Positions 1 through 10,955 of a DNA stretch of 64,000 bases are shown piece by piece. The number at the start of each line of letters is the position of its first letter. Position 1 is the first letter of the stretch. Below the pieces are notes generated by a model. The model saw nothing but the letters and a program-made list of their open reading frames with translations, ran no database searches and had not been told where the DNA came from. The position numbers were made by a program, and so were the translations under genes. The DNA is from Verrucomicrobiota bacterium (lineage in GTDB: Bacteria > Verrucomicrobiota > Verrucomicrobiia > Limisphaerales > UBA8199): positions 290 through 64,289 of the forward strand of contig JAAYVL010000156.1 of the NCBI GenBank assembly GCA_012517205.1, given 5' to 3'.

Positions 1-1198
1 CATTCACCGCGAAATCTGTCTGCGGGTCAACTTCCAGGACTTCCAGATCCTCATAGACGGCTTCCGGCCTGACGTCGGCTCTGGGGTGAAGCCGGGGAAT
101 AATCTTTTCCCACGCAGCGCGGGGGACGACTACCCGTAGCGTCTGCTCGCCGCCGCACCGGATGCCGGGAGCAAGCGCAATTTCGGAAGCCGGGCGGCGG
201 GCATAGCTGAACGGGTCGAAGGGCCAGGAATCCGCTGCCGGCAGCGATGCGGCTGGTTTTTCGGCCGCGGGAGCCAGGGCATCTGCTGCCTGGGTCAGAA
301 GAGGGGTTTGCGCCAGCAAATCGCGGCAGACCTCGATTTCGCGGGGGGAATCCTCGGTCAGGGAAACGCGGATCGTATCGCCCAGGCCGTCGCATAAGAG
401 CGAACCGATGCCAATGGCGCTCTTAATGCGGCCATCTTCGCCCTCGCCGGCTTCGGTCACCCCAAGGTGTATGGGGTAGTTCCAATCCGGCCCCTCTTGC
501 GCCAGGCGCGCGACCAGCAACCGGTAGCACTGGATCATGATCTTGGGGTTGCTGGCCTTCATGGAGAACTTGAAATTGTGGAAGTCGTGCTGGCGCGCAA
601 TGCGGGCAAACTCCAGGGCGCTCTCCACCATGCCGAGCGGCGAATCGCCAAAGCGATTCATAATGCGGTCGCTCAGCGAGCCATGGTTGGTGCCGATGCG
701 CATGGCGCGGCCCAGCTTTTTGCACAACTCGACCAGCGGCGTGAACTTTTCTCTAATCCGCGCCAACTCCGCCGCATACTGCGCCTCGGTGTATTCCTTG
801 ACGATAAACTTCTTCGAGTCGGCGTAGTTGCCGGGATTGATGCGCACCATCTCGACCCAGCGCGCCGCTTCGAGCGCGGCCTCGGGCTTGAAATGGATGT
901 CGGCCACGATGGGCACCAGGCAGCCCCGCGCGCGCAGCGCCGCCACGATGTTTTCGAGGTTGGCCGCGTCTTTAACCGTGGGGGCGGTGATGCGCACGAT
1001 CTGGCAACCGACCGCCACCAAATCCAGCGTTTGCCGCACGCATTCGGCGGTGTCCATGGTATCGCAGGTGAGCATGGATTGCACCACCACCGGGTGGCGG
1101 CCGCCAATGATTACCCCCCCGCGTTGCGGATCGCCGACGATGACCTCGCGCGTCAGGCGGCGGCGCAAAAATCCGGGCGAGTCACAGTGCGGAACCAT
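1..1198 (-). CDS. ispG: 4-hydroxy-3-methylbut-2-en-1-yl diphosphate synthase (GcpE/IspG), 3' end runs off the window
   Basis: Manually translated (absent from the ORF track because there is no stop in the window). Reads [49 protein letters not shown]... and later [29 protein letters not shown] at 1198, immediately after the rseP stop. Downstream of dxr-rseP as usual. Confidence 0.92.
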   Translation of the reverse strand, partial: MVPHCDSPGFLRRRLTREVIVGDPQRGGVIIGGRHPVVVQSMLTCDTMDTAECVRQTLDLVAVGCQIVRITAPTVKDAANLENIVAALRARGCLVPIVADIHFKPEAALEAARWVEMVRINPGNYADSKKFIVKEYTEAQYAAELARIREKFTPLVELCKKLGRAMRIGTNHGSLSDRIMNRFGDSPLGMVESALEFARIARQHDFHNFKFSMKASNPKIMIQCYRLLVARLAQEGPDWNYPIHLGVTEAGEGEDGRIKSAIGIGSLLCDGLGDTIRVSLTEDSPREIEVCRDLLAQTPLLTQAADALAPAAEKPAASLPAADSWPFDPFSYARRPASEIALAPGIRCGGEQTLRVVVPRAAWEKIIPRLHPRADVRPEAVYEDLEVLEVDPQTDFAVN

Positions 1199-1200
1199 GC

Positions 1201-2586
1201 TCAGCGCCCTCCGTCCGGTGCGCTTTCCGGTTTCTCGATGGTGACCTCCTGTTTGAACATCGAGCGAAAAAGCGAGAACCGCCGCACATCGTTAAACGAA
1301 ACATACAGCATGAAGCCAATTAGCAGCATGGCAAAGGCGGTATTGGTATATTCCACCAACCGGCCTGGCAGTGGCCGGCCGAACAAGCGCTCAACGCAGG
1401 CCATGACGATATGCCCGCCGTCCAACACGGGCATGGGGAAGAGGTTGATGATCGCCAGGTTGATATTGAGCAGGACGAGGAAACTTAAAGCCAGGCGCCA
1501 ATCCGAGTTCACATAGGCGGCCAATATGGCCAGGATGCCCGGAGGGCCGCTCAGGTCTTTCAGGCCGACCCCGGTTTGCTTGGAATGGAAGAGCGCGGAG
1601 AAAGTGCTGATCGTCCGCTCCAGCACCGAGGCGATCTGCGTCCAGGGCGAAATGTGCTCAATCCGATAGACCGGCTTGCCGGTGCCGATTTCAGCTCCAA
1701 TTCGCCCCACCTTTACCCCGGGGTCCAGGCGCGGTGTGACCTGGAGTGTTTGGCGCGCGCCCGCGCGCCTGATAATGATGTCATGCGACTCTCCGGGGCG
1801 CTTCTGCACGAGTTTGATGAATTGGTCGGCCCCGTGAAGCGGCACCTGCGCGAACGAAAGGATTTCGTCGCCGGCCTTGAGCCCGGCGGCTTCCGCCGCG
1901 CTCCCGGACAAAACCCGCCGGATCACCGGATGATCGCGCGGGTCGAGATTGAGAACCTTCAGCCCCAGGGCTTCGCTGACCACCGTGTTTAATTCGTAGG
2001 TATTGGTGAATTGCCCGACGCGGGCAATGACCACCGTCAGATTGGTGCTGCGCGCCAGAATGGTGGCCTCCTGCACTTCCTGCCAGGAACTGATCGGCTT
2101 GCCTTCCACGGAAACAATCTGGTCGCCCGGCTGTATCCCGAGCCTGGCTTCGCGCGAGTCCGGGTCCACATAGCCGATGATGGGCGGATTGACCTGCACG
2201 GGAATTCCCACAACCCACAACAGGCAGGCAATCGCTATGCCGAAGAGCACGTTCATCAGCGGCCCGAAAAAGGCGACCAGGATTTTGGACCACGGCGACG
2301 CCGGCGGCAGGGGAGGGCTGTTTTCGTCCGCCTTGCCTTCCAGGGCGTCGGAGGTTGCCATCTGCGGCAGCTTTACGAAGCCGCCCGCAGGTATCCAGCG
2401 CCAGGACCACTCCACCCCATCGCGCATCCAGCTCACTATTTTCGGGCCGAACCCGATTGAGAAGCCCTCAATCTTAAGGCCGCGACGCCGCGCCATCCAG
2501 TAATGTCCATACTCATGGACAAATACCGCCGCGCCGAAGAGCAGGATTACCGCCCCGACCACATACACAATATTCAGAAGCCACAT
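1201..2586 (-). CDS. rseP: RIP metalloprotease RseP (M50 family, two PDZ domains)
   Basis: HEYGH zinc motif, FSIGFGP, GGFVKL, PDZ-like repeats, [12 protein letters not shown] motif; located between dxr and ispG. Confidence 0.92.
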   Translation of the reverse strand: MWLLNIVYVVGAVILLFGAAVFVHEYGHYWMARRRGLKIEGFSIGFGPKIVSWMRDGVEWSWRWIPAGGFVKLPQMATSDALEGKADENSPPLPPASPWSKILVAFFGPLMNVLFGIAIACLLWVVGIPVQVNPPIIGYVDPDSREARLGIQPGDQIVSVEGKPISSWQEVQEATILARSTNLTVVIARVGQFTNTYELNTVVSEALGLKVLNLDPRDHPVIRRVLSGSAAEAAGLKAGDEILSFAQVPLHGADQFIKLVQKRPGESHDIIIRRAGARQTLQVTPRLDPGVKVGRIGAEIGTGKPVYRIEHISPWTQIASVLERTISTFSALFHSKQTGVGLKDLSGPPGILAILAAYVNSDWRLALSFLVLLNINLAIINLFPMPVLDGGHIVMACVERLFGRPLPGRLVEYTNTAFAMLLIGFMLYVSFNDVRRFSLFRSMFKQEVTIEKPESAPDGGR

Positions 2587-2684
2587 ATCCGGCAGGAAAG
2601 AAGCTAATCCGACTCGTTGCGAATGTCAGTTAATTATTGCAGGGCCCGGTCTGGCCCCGGGCCCGGCGCCGGTTGGCTGGGCGT

Positions 2685-3824
2685 TCATCCCCGTTCCGCT
2701 TCGTGGCGCGCCCATTGGTCGGCCTCAATAATTTGCTCCAGCGTTGGGTGCGGAATTACCGGGTGCCGATCCATGACGCGGCGCACCACGGCCGAAATAT
2801 CGGGGAAGCGAATCCGCCGGCTGGCGAAGGCTTCGACCGCAACTTCGTTGGCCGCATTCAATACCGCGGGCAGTGTGCCGCCGATTTCCCCGGCTCGTCG
2901 CGCCAGGGTCAGCGCGGGGAAACGTTCCGGGTCGGGCTCTTCGAACGTCAGTTGGCCCAGCTTGGCCAGGTTGGTTTGGACCCGGTTGCTGAGCGCCCGC
3001 GCCGGATACGTCAAGGCATACTGAATGGGCAGACACATGTCCGGCGTCGAAAGCTGCGCCAGGATCGAGCCGTCCACGAATTCCACCATCGAATGCACGA
3101 CGCTTTGCGGATGCACAATCACCGCGACGCGCGCCATTTCCACATCGAACAGCCAGCGCGCCTCGATCATCTCCAGTCCCTTGTTGAAGAGCGTTGCTGA
3201 ATCAATCGTGATTTTGCGGCCCATTACCCAGGATGGGTGCTGGAGCGCGCGCTCGATGGTGATGTCCGGGAATGCTTCCCGGGGCGTGGTGCGGAACGGC
3301 CCCCCGGAGGCGGTCAACCACAGCCGGCGAACGGATTCCGCGGGCTTGCCCTCCAAGCATTGAAAGATGGCGGAGTGTTCGCTGTCCACCGTCAGCACCC
3401 GCACGCCATGCGCCTGCGCTTCCCGCATGACAATCTCACCGGCCATGACCAGGATTTCCTTGGACGCCACGGCAATATCCTTGCCGGCGCGGATGGCAGC
3501 CAGAGCCGGTTGCAGGCCCGCGGTCCCCACAATGGCAATCAACACAATATCCGCCTCGGGCAGGGTGGCGAGCTTCACCAACCCCTGCGCGCCGGAGAAC
3601 ACCGCCATGCCGCCGCCAAGCAGATCGCGCAGTTCCTGGGCCCGGCTCGGGTCGGCGATGGAAATGGCCGCGGGTTGGAGCTTGCGGGCTTGTGCCAGCA
3701 GCAATTCCGCGTTGTTGCCCGCCGCCAGCCCAACCAGGCGGATGCAGTCCCGCAAATCTTCGGCCACCTTGATGGTGCTGGTGCCAATGGAGCCCGTGCA
3801 GCCGAGAAGAACAACGTTGCGCAT
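2685..3824 (-). CDS. dxr: 1-deoxy-D-xylulose-5-phosphate reductoisomerase
   Basis: LLGCTGSIG, VDSEHSAIFQ, LTASGGPFR, HPSWVMGRKITIDSATLFNKGLEMIEA motifs. Confidence 0.97.
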   Translation of the reverse strand: MRNVVLLGCTGSIGTSTIKVAEDLRDCIRLVGLAAGNNAELLLAQARKLQPAAISIADPSRAQELRDLLGGGMAVFSGAQGLVKLATLPEADIVLIAIVGTAGLQPALAAIRAGKDIAVASKEILVMAGEIVMREAQAHGVRVLTVDSEHSAIFQCLEGKPAESVRRLWLTASGGPFRTTPREAFPDITIERALQHPSWVMGRKITIDSATLFNKGLEMIEARWLFDVEMARVAVIVHPQSVVHSMVEFVDGSILAQLSTPDMCLPIQYALTYPARALSNRVQTNLAKLGQLTFEEPDPERFPALTLARRAGEIGGTLPAVLNAANEVAVEAFASRRIRFPDISAVVRRVMDRHPVIPHPTLEQIIEADQWARHEAERG

Positions 3825-3841
3825 GAAGAAAAGTCCCGGAC

Positions 3842-4777
3842 TTAACGCTCAGATAAAACGTGCCGCAGGTAGAGATACATAATCGGCGCGTTAAACAGCA
3901 GGCTGTCCAGCAGGTCCAATATGCCGCCGATGCCAGGAAAAAAGCTGCCCGAATCCTTTGCGCCGGCCTCGCGCTTAAAAAGCGATTCAATCAGGTCGCC
4001 CACCACCGCGCCCATGCCCAAAACCACCCCCAGAATGAGGGCATGAACCCAGTTCATACCGGGCAGCTTCTGCCCCAGAAAATGCGCCAGCAACAGGCTG
4101 GCCAGCGTCGAAATCGCTATCGCGCCCACAAATCCCTCCCACGTCTTGGCGGGGCTGATGCGCGGGCATAGCTTATGCCGTCCAATCAAGGATCCCACAG
4201 CGTAGGCGCCGGTATCACTGAACTTGGTGATAACGATGAAGAACAGCAGATAATAGCAGCCCGCCGTCCCGGGGTAGAAGAAGAAATTGATCTTTTGAAC
4301 GAAATTCAGCAGCCAGGCCACATACATCAAGCCCAGGAGCGTCAGGGCGATCGTCAGCAATCCCGCCGGGTGGCGGCGTGAGAAGAGCTGGCACAGGCAG
4401 AGGCCCAGCACAAAAACGATTAGAAAGCTGGCCTCGAAGTCGTTGACGCGCGCTGGCGCCCCGGAAGTTCCCAACAATCCTGTCAGGTTCAGGAAAGTTC
4501 CCACCATGAGCAAGACACCTCCGGTTACCCCCCAGTATTTGAAGCAGCCCAATCCGCGCTTGGCGGCCAGCCCGTAGAATTCCAGCAACCCCAAGCCGGC
4601 CAGCAGCACCATTGCCAGGAGAAATACATAGTCCGACACCGACCGATTACTCGAGAACAGCGCCGTCAGGACCACCGCCCACAACGCGATAAAGCTGCCC
4701 AACCGGCGCAGAAACACCTGGGACTTGGACAGCGCAACTGCCGTCGCTGGCGGCGTCGGGGCGGTCTTATCAAGCAT
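3842..4777 (-). CDS. cdsA: Phosphatidate cytidylyltransferase
   Basis: Multi-TM; SDTGAY..G..IGRHKLCPRISPAKTWEG, GDLIESLFKR..GAKDSG..FPGIGGILDLLDSLLF. Start placed at ATG 4777 (MLDKT), not the ORF-track start. Confidence 0.92.
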   Translation of the reverse strand: MLDKTAPTPPATAVALSKSQVFLRRLGSFIALWAVVLTALFSSNRSVSDYVFLLAMVLLAGLGLLEFYGLAAKRGLGCFKYWGVTGGVLLMVGTFLNLTGLLGTSGAPARVNDFEASFLIVFVLGLCLCQLFSRRHPAGLLTIALTLLGLMYVAWLLNFVQKINFFFYPGTAGCYYLLFFIVITKFSDTGAYAVGSLIGRHKLCPRISPAKTWEGFVGAIAISTLASLLLAHFLGQKLPGMNWVHALILGVVLGMGAVVGDLIESLFKREAGAKDSGSFFPGIGGILDLLDSLLFNAPIMYLYLRHVLSER

Positions 4778-5072
4778 GGGGCCAGAGACTAGGAAATCCT
4801 TTCTTCGTGTCGAGCCAATTCCTGGCGGACGCTTAGCCGTGCATGCACGGATGATTGCCGCGTTTCGAGCGTGATCAGATATTTCCGCGCGCCGCAAAGA
4901 CCGCGCAAGAACCTCAACGATAAGGTCTCGATGCGCCCACGAATGGAGCCTGACCGGCCTCCCCAAAAAGTGAAAATAATCCCCGCCTCCATCCCTCTAC
5001 CATCATTTCTTCGCGATGGCCGATTTTTCTATTCGGTGGCGTACCTTAAGGCTATAGTGCCGCTAATAGGCC

Positions 5073-6311
5073 ATGACATCACAAACCACACTTAATCCAG
5101 AAGCTGGGTCTCAATTCCATCCTGCAAGTCCCGGTTCCGGTTCGGGCAAGGAGGGCCGGGTTCGGCGTTCGAGGTTCGGACTTTTAGGGGAACTCGCCTC
5201 GCGGGTTTCGAGCTTCATCGGTCTGTGTTTCGTGGGGGTTCCTGCTTTGCTGCTGGCTGCCGATGCTGGCCCCTGGCCAGTTTCCAAGGCCAATGACTGG
5301 CTGGCCAAACAAGGCTGGCTCGTCGGCTGCAACTTTTCTCCCAGCTCGGCCATCAACCAACTTGAAATGTGGCAGGCGGACACGTTTGATCCCGCCACCA
5401 TTGACCGCGAACTGGGCTGGGCCGAACAGCTTGGCTTCAACAGCATCCGCGTCTTCCTGCACCATATCCCCTGGGAGCAGGATCGTGCGGGTTTTCTCAA
5501 GCGGCTGAATGAATTCCTGAACTTGGCCGCCAAACACCATATTGGCGTCATGTTCGTGTTGCTGGACAGTTGCTGGCACCCCTTTCCCAAGCCGGGCAAG
5601 CAGCCCGCGCCCAAGCCGTTCGTCCATAACTCCGGTTGGGTGCAATGCCCGGGACTGGACATTCTGAAGGATCCCGCGCGCCACGACGAGTTGCGCGGCT
5701 ACGTCACCGGCATCGTGCGCCATTTCGCCACCGACCGCCGGGTGCAGGTGTGGGACATCTTCAACGAACCGGAAAACCGGAATCACATCAGCTATGGCCA
5801 GTATGAACCGGAGAATAAAGCCGAACTGGCCCTGGCGTTGATCAAAAAGGCGTACGCCTGGGCGCGCGAAGCGAAACCTTCCCAGCCCATCACCGCGGGG
5901 GTGTGGATGGGCAACTGGGCCGATCCCGCCAAACTGTCGCCGATGGAGAAATTCTGCCTGGAGCAATCGGACATCATCAACTTTCACAGCTACGGCTCAC
6001 TGCCGGTCATTCAGAAATGCGTGCAAAACCTGCGCCGCTATCACCGCCCGATCGTCTGCACCGAATACATGGCCCGTCCGCAAGGCAGCACGTTCGATCC
6101 CATCCTCGGGTATTTGAAGGAGCAAAAGATCGCCGCCTACAACTGGGGCTTCGTGGCGGGCAAGACGCAGACCATCTTCCCCTGGGATTCGTGGGAAAAG
6201 CAATACACCAACGAACCGCCGCTTTGGTTCCATGATATTTTTCGCCGCAACGGCCAGCCCTACCGTCCGCCGGAAGTGGAGTACATCAAGCGGGTGACGG
6301 GCAAGCCGTGA
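5073..6311 (+). CDS. Secreted glycoside hydrolase, clan GH-A (GH5-like)
   Basis: GCNFSPSSAINQLEMWQ, IRVFLH, acid/base WDIFNEP, nucleophile VCTEYMAR, YNWGFVAGKTQT. Hydrophobic segment before the mature domain. Start codon uncertain. Confidence 0.78.
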   Translation: MTSQTTLNPEAGSQFHPASPGSGSGKEGRVRRSRFGLLGELASRVSSFIGLCFVGVPALLLAADAGPWPVSKANDWLAKQGWLVGCNFSPSSAINQLEMWQADTFDPATIDRELGWAEQLGFNSIRVFLHHIPWEQDRAGFLKRLNEFLNLAAKHHIGVMFVLLDSCWHPFPKPGKQPAPKPFVHNSGWVQCPGLDILKDPARHDELRGYVTGIVRHFATDRRVQVWDIFNEPENRNHISYGQYEPENKAELALALIKKAYAWAREAKPSQPITAGVWMGNWADPAKLSPMEKFCLEQSDIINFHSYGSLPVIQKCVQNLRRYHRPIVCTEYMARPQGSTFDPILGYLKEQKIAAYNWGFVAGKTQTIFPWDSWEKQYTNEPPLWFHDIFRRNGQPYRPPEVEYIKRVTGKP

Positions 6312-6719
6312 TTGAGGGAGGTGCCCAAAGCAAACGGTGGCACTCGCATAATTGCGTTCGCCGCCGATGTTTTGCGCAAAGGTTCGCCCGGTTTAGCCAT
6401 AACGCTTGCAAGTCCAGCCGTGGCGTGTCGGCACCCGGGACGGGACTCGGTTGCCGGAGGTTGCGGTAATTGAAGCATTTGGTCCGCGCAGTGTGGATTG
6501 CCGAGGATAGAAAGCCCAGTCTGCGGACATGCCGTTAATCCTTATTTTATCGGCTTTTGCCGAGCGTCGGCTGGATTATTTCGGGGCTGTGGCGGAAATC
6601 GCGTATAATCCCGGAGAAACCGAGTGGGGCTTGTCCCATGTTTCCGGATTGGATACTGACCGGGCGTTCCCGCAGAATCCAAGTGAGTCGGTTGGGCAAA
6701 CCGCTTAAGATGTGAGGCC

Positions 6720-7562
6720 ATGCGGCGAGTGGTGTTTAGAGAGATGGTTCTGCAGCGTCCTCGTTTTTCGGGGCTGGCGCCCCGGGTGCGGCGCGTTTTG
6801 CTCGCTTTGTTTTTGCTGCAATTTGCCCTGGTTTGGGCGCGGGTATGGTGGCCGGGGCTGCTATTCGGCCACGCTCGCTGGCCGGACGGGCTTTTGCTGG
6901 TGCTCGCCAATGCCGTCTTGCTCGCCGCGTTAACCTGCCAGTTGCCCGGCCAGAATGTGATGCTGGCCGCGCTCATCATCGCCGTCCTCGCTGGCGCGGT
7001 GCAATGCCTGAACGCGCTGACCGCCATACCATTCGGCCCCTGCGTTTATACCGGGAACATCGGCCGGGAACTCTTTCCGCCGCTGCCCTGGGCGGTGCCG
7101 CTGATCTGGCTGGCGGCCATCCTGGCCTCGCGCGGCACCGCCCGGCTGATATTGCGGCCCTGGCGCAAGACCCGGAACTATGGTTTCCAGATGATCGGGG
7201 TCACCACTTTACTGACGGTGCTGCTGGATGCGGGCCTCGAGCCGTTTGCCACGCGCGTCGCGCATTACTGGTTCTGGAATCCCGTCAAACTCAAGTTCGG
7301 CTGGTACACGGCGCCCGGCGTGAACTTCCTGGCCTGGGCGGCCACCACGCTGCTGATTCTTGCGTTTGCCACACCCGCGCTCATCAACAAGCAACCGGCG
7401 CGCGGGTCGGCGCCGGATTATTCGCCGTTGCTCGTGTGGCTTCTGTTCATGCTGCTTTTTGCCACCGGCGCCGCCGGCCATCAATTATGGCCGGCCTTCG
7501 GTTTAACCTGCGCCATCAGCATCACGGTGGCGGGGGTGGCCCTTCGCGGCGCCCGCTGGTAA
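6720..7562 (+). CDS. Carotenoid biosynthesis membrane protein (CruF/DUF422-like hydratase family)
   Basis: Multi-TM; PFGPCVYT..IG, LPWAVPLIW, LLDAGLEPFA...YWFW, PGVNFLAW pattern recalled for this family. Start uncertain. Confidence 0.62.
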   Translation: MRRVVFREMVLQRPRFSGLAPRVRRVLLALFLLQFALVWARVWWPGLLFGHARWPDGLLLVLANAVLLAALTCQLPGQNVMLAALIIAVLAGAVQCLNALTAIPFGPCVYTGNIGRELFPPLPWAVPLIWLAAILASRGTARLILRPWRKTRNYGFQMIGVTTLLTVLLDAGLEPFATRVAHYWFWNPVKLKFGWYTAPGVNFLAWAATTLLILAFATPALINKQPARGSAPDYSPLLVWLLFMLLFATGAAGHQLWPAFGLTCAISITVAGVALRGARW

Positions 7563-7572
7563 CGGGCCGCCG

Positions 7573-8373
7573 TCAGCGTTTTGGGGTGGGCAGCGACTTG
7601 AGGAAAGACTGCGTGGGGAATCGCGCGCCGGGGCAGCGCGTGTGCCGGACATTGACCTGTTGATGCGTCTTGACCGCTGTGGGGGTGAGCCGGCAGCGGG
7701 TCATCAGCGCCTCCACCAGCAATCGCAGGCTGGTCATTGCTTTGGGGGAGGGCGGGCGCTTGTCGAAATTGCCGACCAGGCAGATGCCAATCGCCGTCTT
7801 GTTTTGCGCCGCACTGGCGAGGTGGCCGCCATCCAGTTGCCGGGTCCAGCGTTGTCCGATGGCAATCGCTCCGTCGCCCATGCCGTTGCCGTTGCCTATA
7901 ACGAAATGGTAAGCGAGTCCATTCTCCATGCGCCGCACCTCGCGATGATAGCGGTCCATGGTCCTGGCGGTGCCGGTATCGGTGCCGCTGTGGTGGATGA
8001 CGATGGATTTCCACCGGCCGGCCCGCACCGGCGCCTTGTCAATCGCCTCCCGCACCGCGCGCGGCAGCACACTGGGCGGCGGTGGCTTTGCGGCGGGCTT
8101 TTTCGCGGGGGCAACGCGCCGCGCCGGGATTCGCAGCCGCTGGCCGGCGGAGATGTAGAAATTCCGGTTCAGCCCATTGCGCTCGGCCAGCACGGCCGGA
8201 GAGACGCCATAACGCCGCCCGATGCTATAGACACTATCCCCGCGTTTGACGATGTAAATCGTCTCCGCGGCCCCGGCAGCTATTGGCGCCCCCACCGCGC
8301 ACAGCAACAGCCCCAGAGCTACCCGGATAATCGCCAGCCGGGCACGATAATCCCTGTTCAAACGCCGGTCCAT
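7573..8373 (-). CDS. LysM-domain N-acetylmuramoyl-L-alanine amidase (Amidase_2)
   Basis: Signal peptide, LysM (YIVKRGDSVYSIGRRYGVSPAVLAERNGL), IVIHHSGT, YHFVIGNG, IGICLVGNF, H...CPG motifs. Confidence 0.85.
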   Translation of the reverse strand: MDRRLNRDYRARLAIIRVALGLLLCAVGAPIAAGAAETIYIVKRGDSVYSIGRRYGVSPAVLAERNGLNRNFYISAGQRLRIPARRVAPAKKPAAKPPPPSVLPRAVREAIDKAPVRAGRWKSIVIHHSGTDTGTARTMDRYHREVRRMENGLAYHFVIGNGNGMGDGAIAIGQRWTRQLDGGHLASAAQNKTAIGICLVGNFDKRPPSPKAMTSLRLLVEALMTRCRLTPTAVKTHQQVNVRHTRCPGARFPTQSFLKSLPTPKR

Positions 8374-8603
8374 GTTGGCTCAGGCTAGCCTCGATTTGCC
8401 CGCGCTGGCCAGCCTTTTCCTGCCCTGATAATCTCCCGGACAAACTCGTACGTTTCGCCTTGGATACGCGAGGCGAAGAGGGCGGCTGCGGTTCCTCAGC
8501 GCGTTCTTTTGCAAGCGCGGGAACAGGCGCCAAAGACAGGCAAGGCGCTGGCTTATGGGGGCCATGCGCGGACGAAGCCGGGCCAGTCTCTCCCCGAAAG
8601 GAG

Positions 8604-9950
8604 TTAGCCACTAAGCCCGGCTTTCGGGCTGCCCGTCGTCGTGCGGGTCACCTTTACGCGGGCGACCAGCATCCCCGCCATCTCCTCGACTTGCAGTTTG
8701 CAGGCCCCGAGCTTCAACACGTCGCCCACTTTGGGAAAACCATCCAGCCGTCGCGTGAGAAAGCCGCTGACTGTGGAGATGCCTTCTTCACGCAGCGGTT
8801 CCCCCACCAGTTCCTCCAGCTCATGCAAGGGCAGCGTTCCCGCCGCTTCCCAGGTGTTTTCCCCGGCCGGCACCAGCAGCGGCTTTTCCTGGTCAAACTC
8901 ATCCTGAATCTGCCCCACCAACTCCTCGAGGATGTTCTCCAGCGTCACCATGCCAGCCGTGCCGCCGTATTCATCCACCACAATGGCCAGGTGCAGCTTC
9001 CGTTCCAGGAAGAACTGCAGCAGCTTCTCCAGCCGTGCGGTCTCGGGAATGTAGATCAGCTTCCGGGCGACCGGCAGCAAGTCCGCCCCGCGCCGCGCCT
9101 TGGTGCGCATCGTATAAAGGTCCTTGATATGCACCACCCCCAGCGTCCGATCGAGGTTTCCCCCTTCGCACAACGGCAGGCGCGAGTAATGCGTCTTTTC
9201 CGCCACGTCCAGGCATTCAGCGATGCTGGCCTCGGTATCAAGCGCCACAATCTCATGCCGCGGGCGCATCACCTCGCGCGCGACCCGCCGCCGCAGATCC
9301 AGCGCGTTCAGAACAATGTCCCGGCCCAGGGCCGAGCCGCCCGCCTGCTTTTGCGCGGCCCACAACAGCAGGCGCAGTTCCTCCTCGGAGTGCGTGCGCC
9401 CCCCTTCGCTGGTCGGCCCGAGGCCAACCTGGCGCAGCATCCACTGCGCCGAATCATTCAGCAGCACGACGAAAGGATAGGAAGCGCGGTAGAACCAGAG
9501 CAACGGATAGGACACCCACAAAGTCGTTGCCAGCGGCTTCTGAATGGCCAGCCATTTCGGCGCCTGCTCCCCGGCGCTGATGTGCAGGAAGGTGATGATG
9601 GAAAATCCGACCAGAAAGGCCACCCACTCGCGCAGTTCCGGCGATTCCACGCCCGCCAGGTCGAACACCGGCTTCAACAGCACGGCGAACACCGGCGCCC
9701 CGATCCAGCCCAGCCCGAGGCTGGTCAGCGTGATGCCCAGTTGCGCCGCGCTCAGAAACGAATCGAGCCGCTGCAAAATAAATACCGCCACCTGCGCCCG
9801 CCGCTGCCCGTCGCGGGCCAGGGGACTGAGTTGCGTGTCCCGCACCTTGACCAGGCCGAACTCGGCGGCGACGAAGAACCCATTCAGCAGAACGAGCACG
9901 ATGACGCCCAGCACGTGCAGGGCAATGGAAAGCAGGGCCTCGCCGTTCAT
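8604..9950 (-). CDS. Hemolysin-family CNNM/CorC protein (DUF21 + 2 CBS + CorC_HlyC)
   Basis: LNGFFVAAEFGLVKVR, QLGITLTSLGLGWIG, REVMRPR, HYSRLP, AIVVDEYGGTAGMVTLENILEELVGQIQDEFD. Confidence 0.9.
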   Translation of the reverse strand: MNGEALLSIALHVLGVIVLVLLNGFFVAAEFGLVKVRDTQLSPLARDGQRRAQVAVFILQRLDSFLSAAQLGITLTSLGLGWIGAPVFAVLLKPVFDLAGVESPELREWVAFLVGFSIITFLHISAGEQAPKWLAIQKPLATTLWVSYPLLWFYRASYPFVVLLNDSAQWMLRQVGLGPTSEGGRTHSEEELRLLLWAAQKQAGGSALGRDIVLNALDLRRRVAREVMRPRHEIVALDTEASIAECLDVAEKTHYSRLPLCEGGNLDRTLGVVHIKDLYTMRTKARRGADLLPVARKLIYIPETARLEKLLQFFLERKLHLAIVVDEYGGTAGMVTLENILEELVGQIQDEFDQEKPLLVPAGENTWEAAGTLPLHELEELVGEPLREEGISTVSGFLTRRLDGFPKVGDVLKLGACKLQVEEMAGMLVARVKVTRTTTGSPKAGLSG

Positions 9951-9951
9951 G

Positions 9952-10941
9952 CTATAAACTCACCTCCCCGAAGATCAGCTTGAGGACATCCTGCAGGCTC
10001 AGGATGCCGATCTCGCGCCGGTCGCGCCCCAGCACAATCGCCAGCCGCTGCCCGCTCCGCTGCAAGCGCCGCAGCGCCACCTCCAGGCGCAGGTCTTCCG
10101 CCAGAAAGAACGGCGGCTTCATGTAGTCGCTCACCGGCCGGCGCTCATCCAGGGCCGGCTGGTAAAGCAGCGAGTTCACCGCCAGCATCCCGATGATCCG
10201 CTGCTCGCCGCCGCGCATCTCCCACACCGGCAGGCGGGTAAACTTCCGCTCCCGGCACAGCGCCAGCGCCGCGCTCGCCGGCGTTTGCGCCGCCAGGGTG
10301 ACCGCCTGCTCCAGGGGCCGCATCGCCTGCCGCACCGTCAGCGCCTGCAAATCCAGCACGCGGTTGATCATCTGGCGCTCCTCGGAGGTCAGCACTTGCG
10401 CGGACTCCTGCATCAGCAGGCGCACCTCTTCGCGGTTGCCAAATAAATGGCCGGTGAACGCCTTGCCGCCCCGCCAGCGCAGCAGCGCGCCGGAGAACGC
10501 CTCCACCAGCGCCACCAGCGGGCGCAGCGCCAGGTGGATCAGCCGAAACGGGCGCGCCAGCGCCACGCACAGCCGGTTCGGATACCTCCGGAACAGCATC
10601 TTGGGCAGCAAATCAAAGAACGTGTAGAACAGGAATACGGCCACCACGAACACCCCGAAGAACCACAGCCGCCGGCCGGCCAGGGCCGCGTGCAACTGCA
10701 CCACCAGCCAGCCCAGGATCAGGAAGTTCGCCAGGGTGCTGCCCACCAGAATCGTCCAGAGAAAGTTTTCCGGGTTCTCCAGGTAATCATGCAGCACCTT
10801 GGCCGAGGGCTTCCCGGCGCGCATCTGCCGGCGCAGGCGCAGGCGGCTCAGGGCAAACACCCCCGCCTCCATGCCCGCCAATACAAACGACAGCCCCAGG
10901 CACGCGCCGAAGATCGTCCAGATGAGGGTGTGGGCCGTCAT
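9952..10941 (-). CDS. CNNM/CBS-domain protein (short, lacks C-terminal CorC domain)
   Basis: AGMEAGVFAL, TILVGSTLAN, DLLPKMLF, RKFTRLPV, IGILSLQDVLKLIFGE. Confidence 0.82.
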   Translation of the reverse strand: MTAHTLIWTIFGACLGLSFVLAGMEAGVFALSRLRLRRQMRAGKPSAKVLHDYLENPENFLWTILVGSTLANFLILGWLVVQLHAALAGRRLWFFGVFVVAVFLFYTFFDLLPKMLFRRYPNRLCVALARPFRLIHLALRPLVALVEAFSGALLRWRGGKAFTGHLFGNREEVRLLMQESAQVLTSEERQMINRVLDLQALTVRQAMRPLEQAVTLAAQTPASAALALCRERKFTRLPVWEMRGGEQRIIGMLAVNSLLYQPALDERRPVSDYMKPPFFLAEDLRLEVALRRLQRSGQRLAIVLGRDRREIGILSLQDVLKLIFGEVSL

Positions 10942-10955
10942 GGGGTTTCCGGGCG

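Noticed and set aside
4778-5072. uppS expected upstream of cdsA
   Set aside because: The minus-strand translation shows no UppS motifs. The gene is simply elsewhere, and the 63-aa N-terminal extension of the track ORF is probably not translated.
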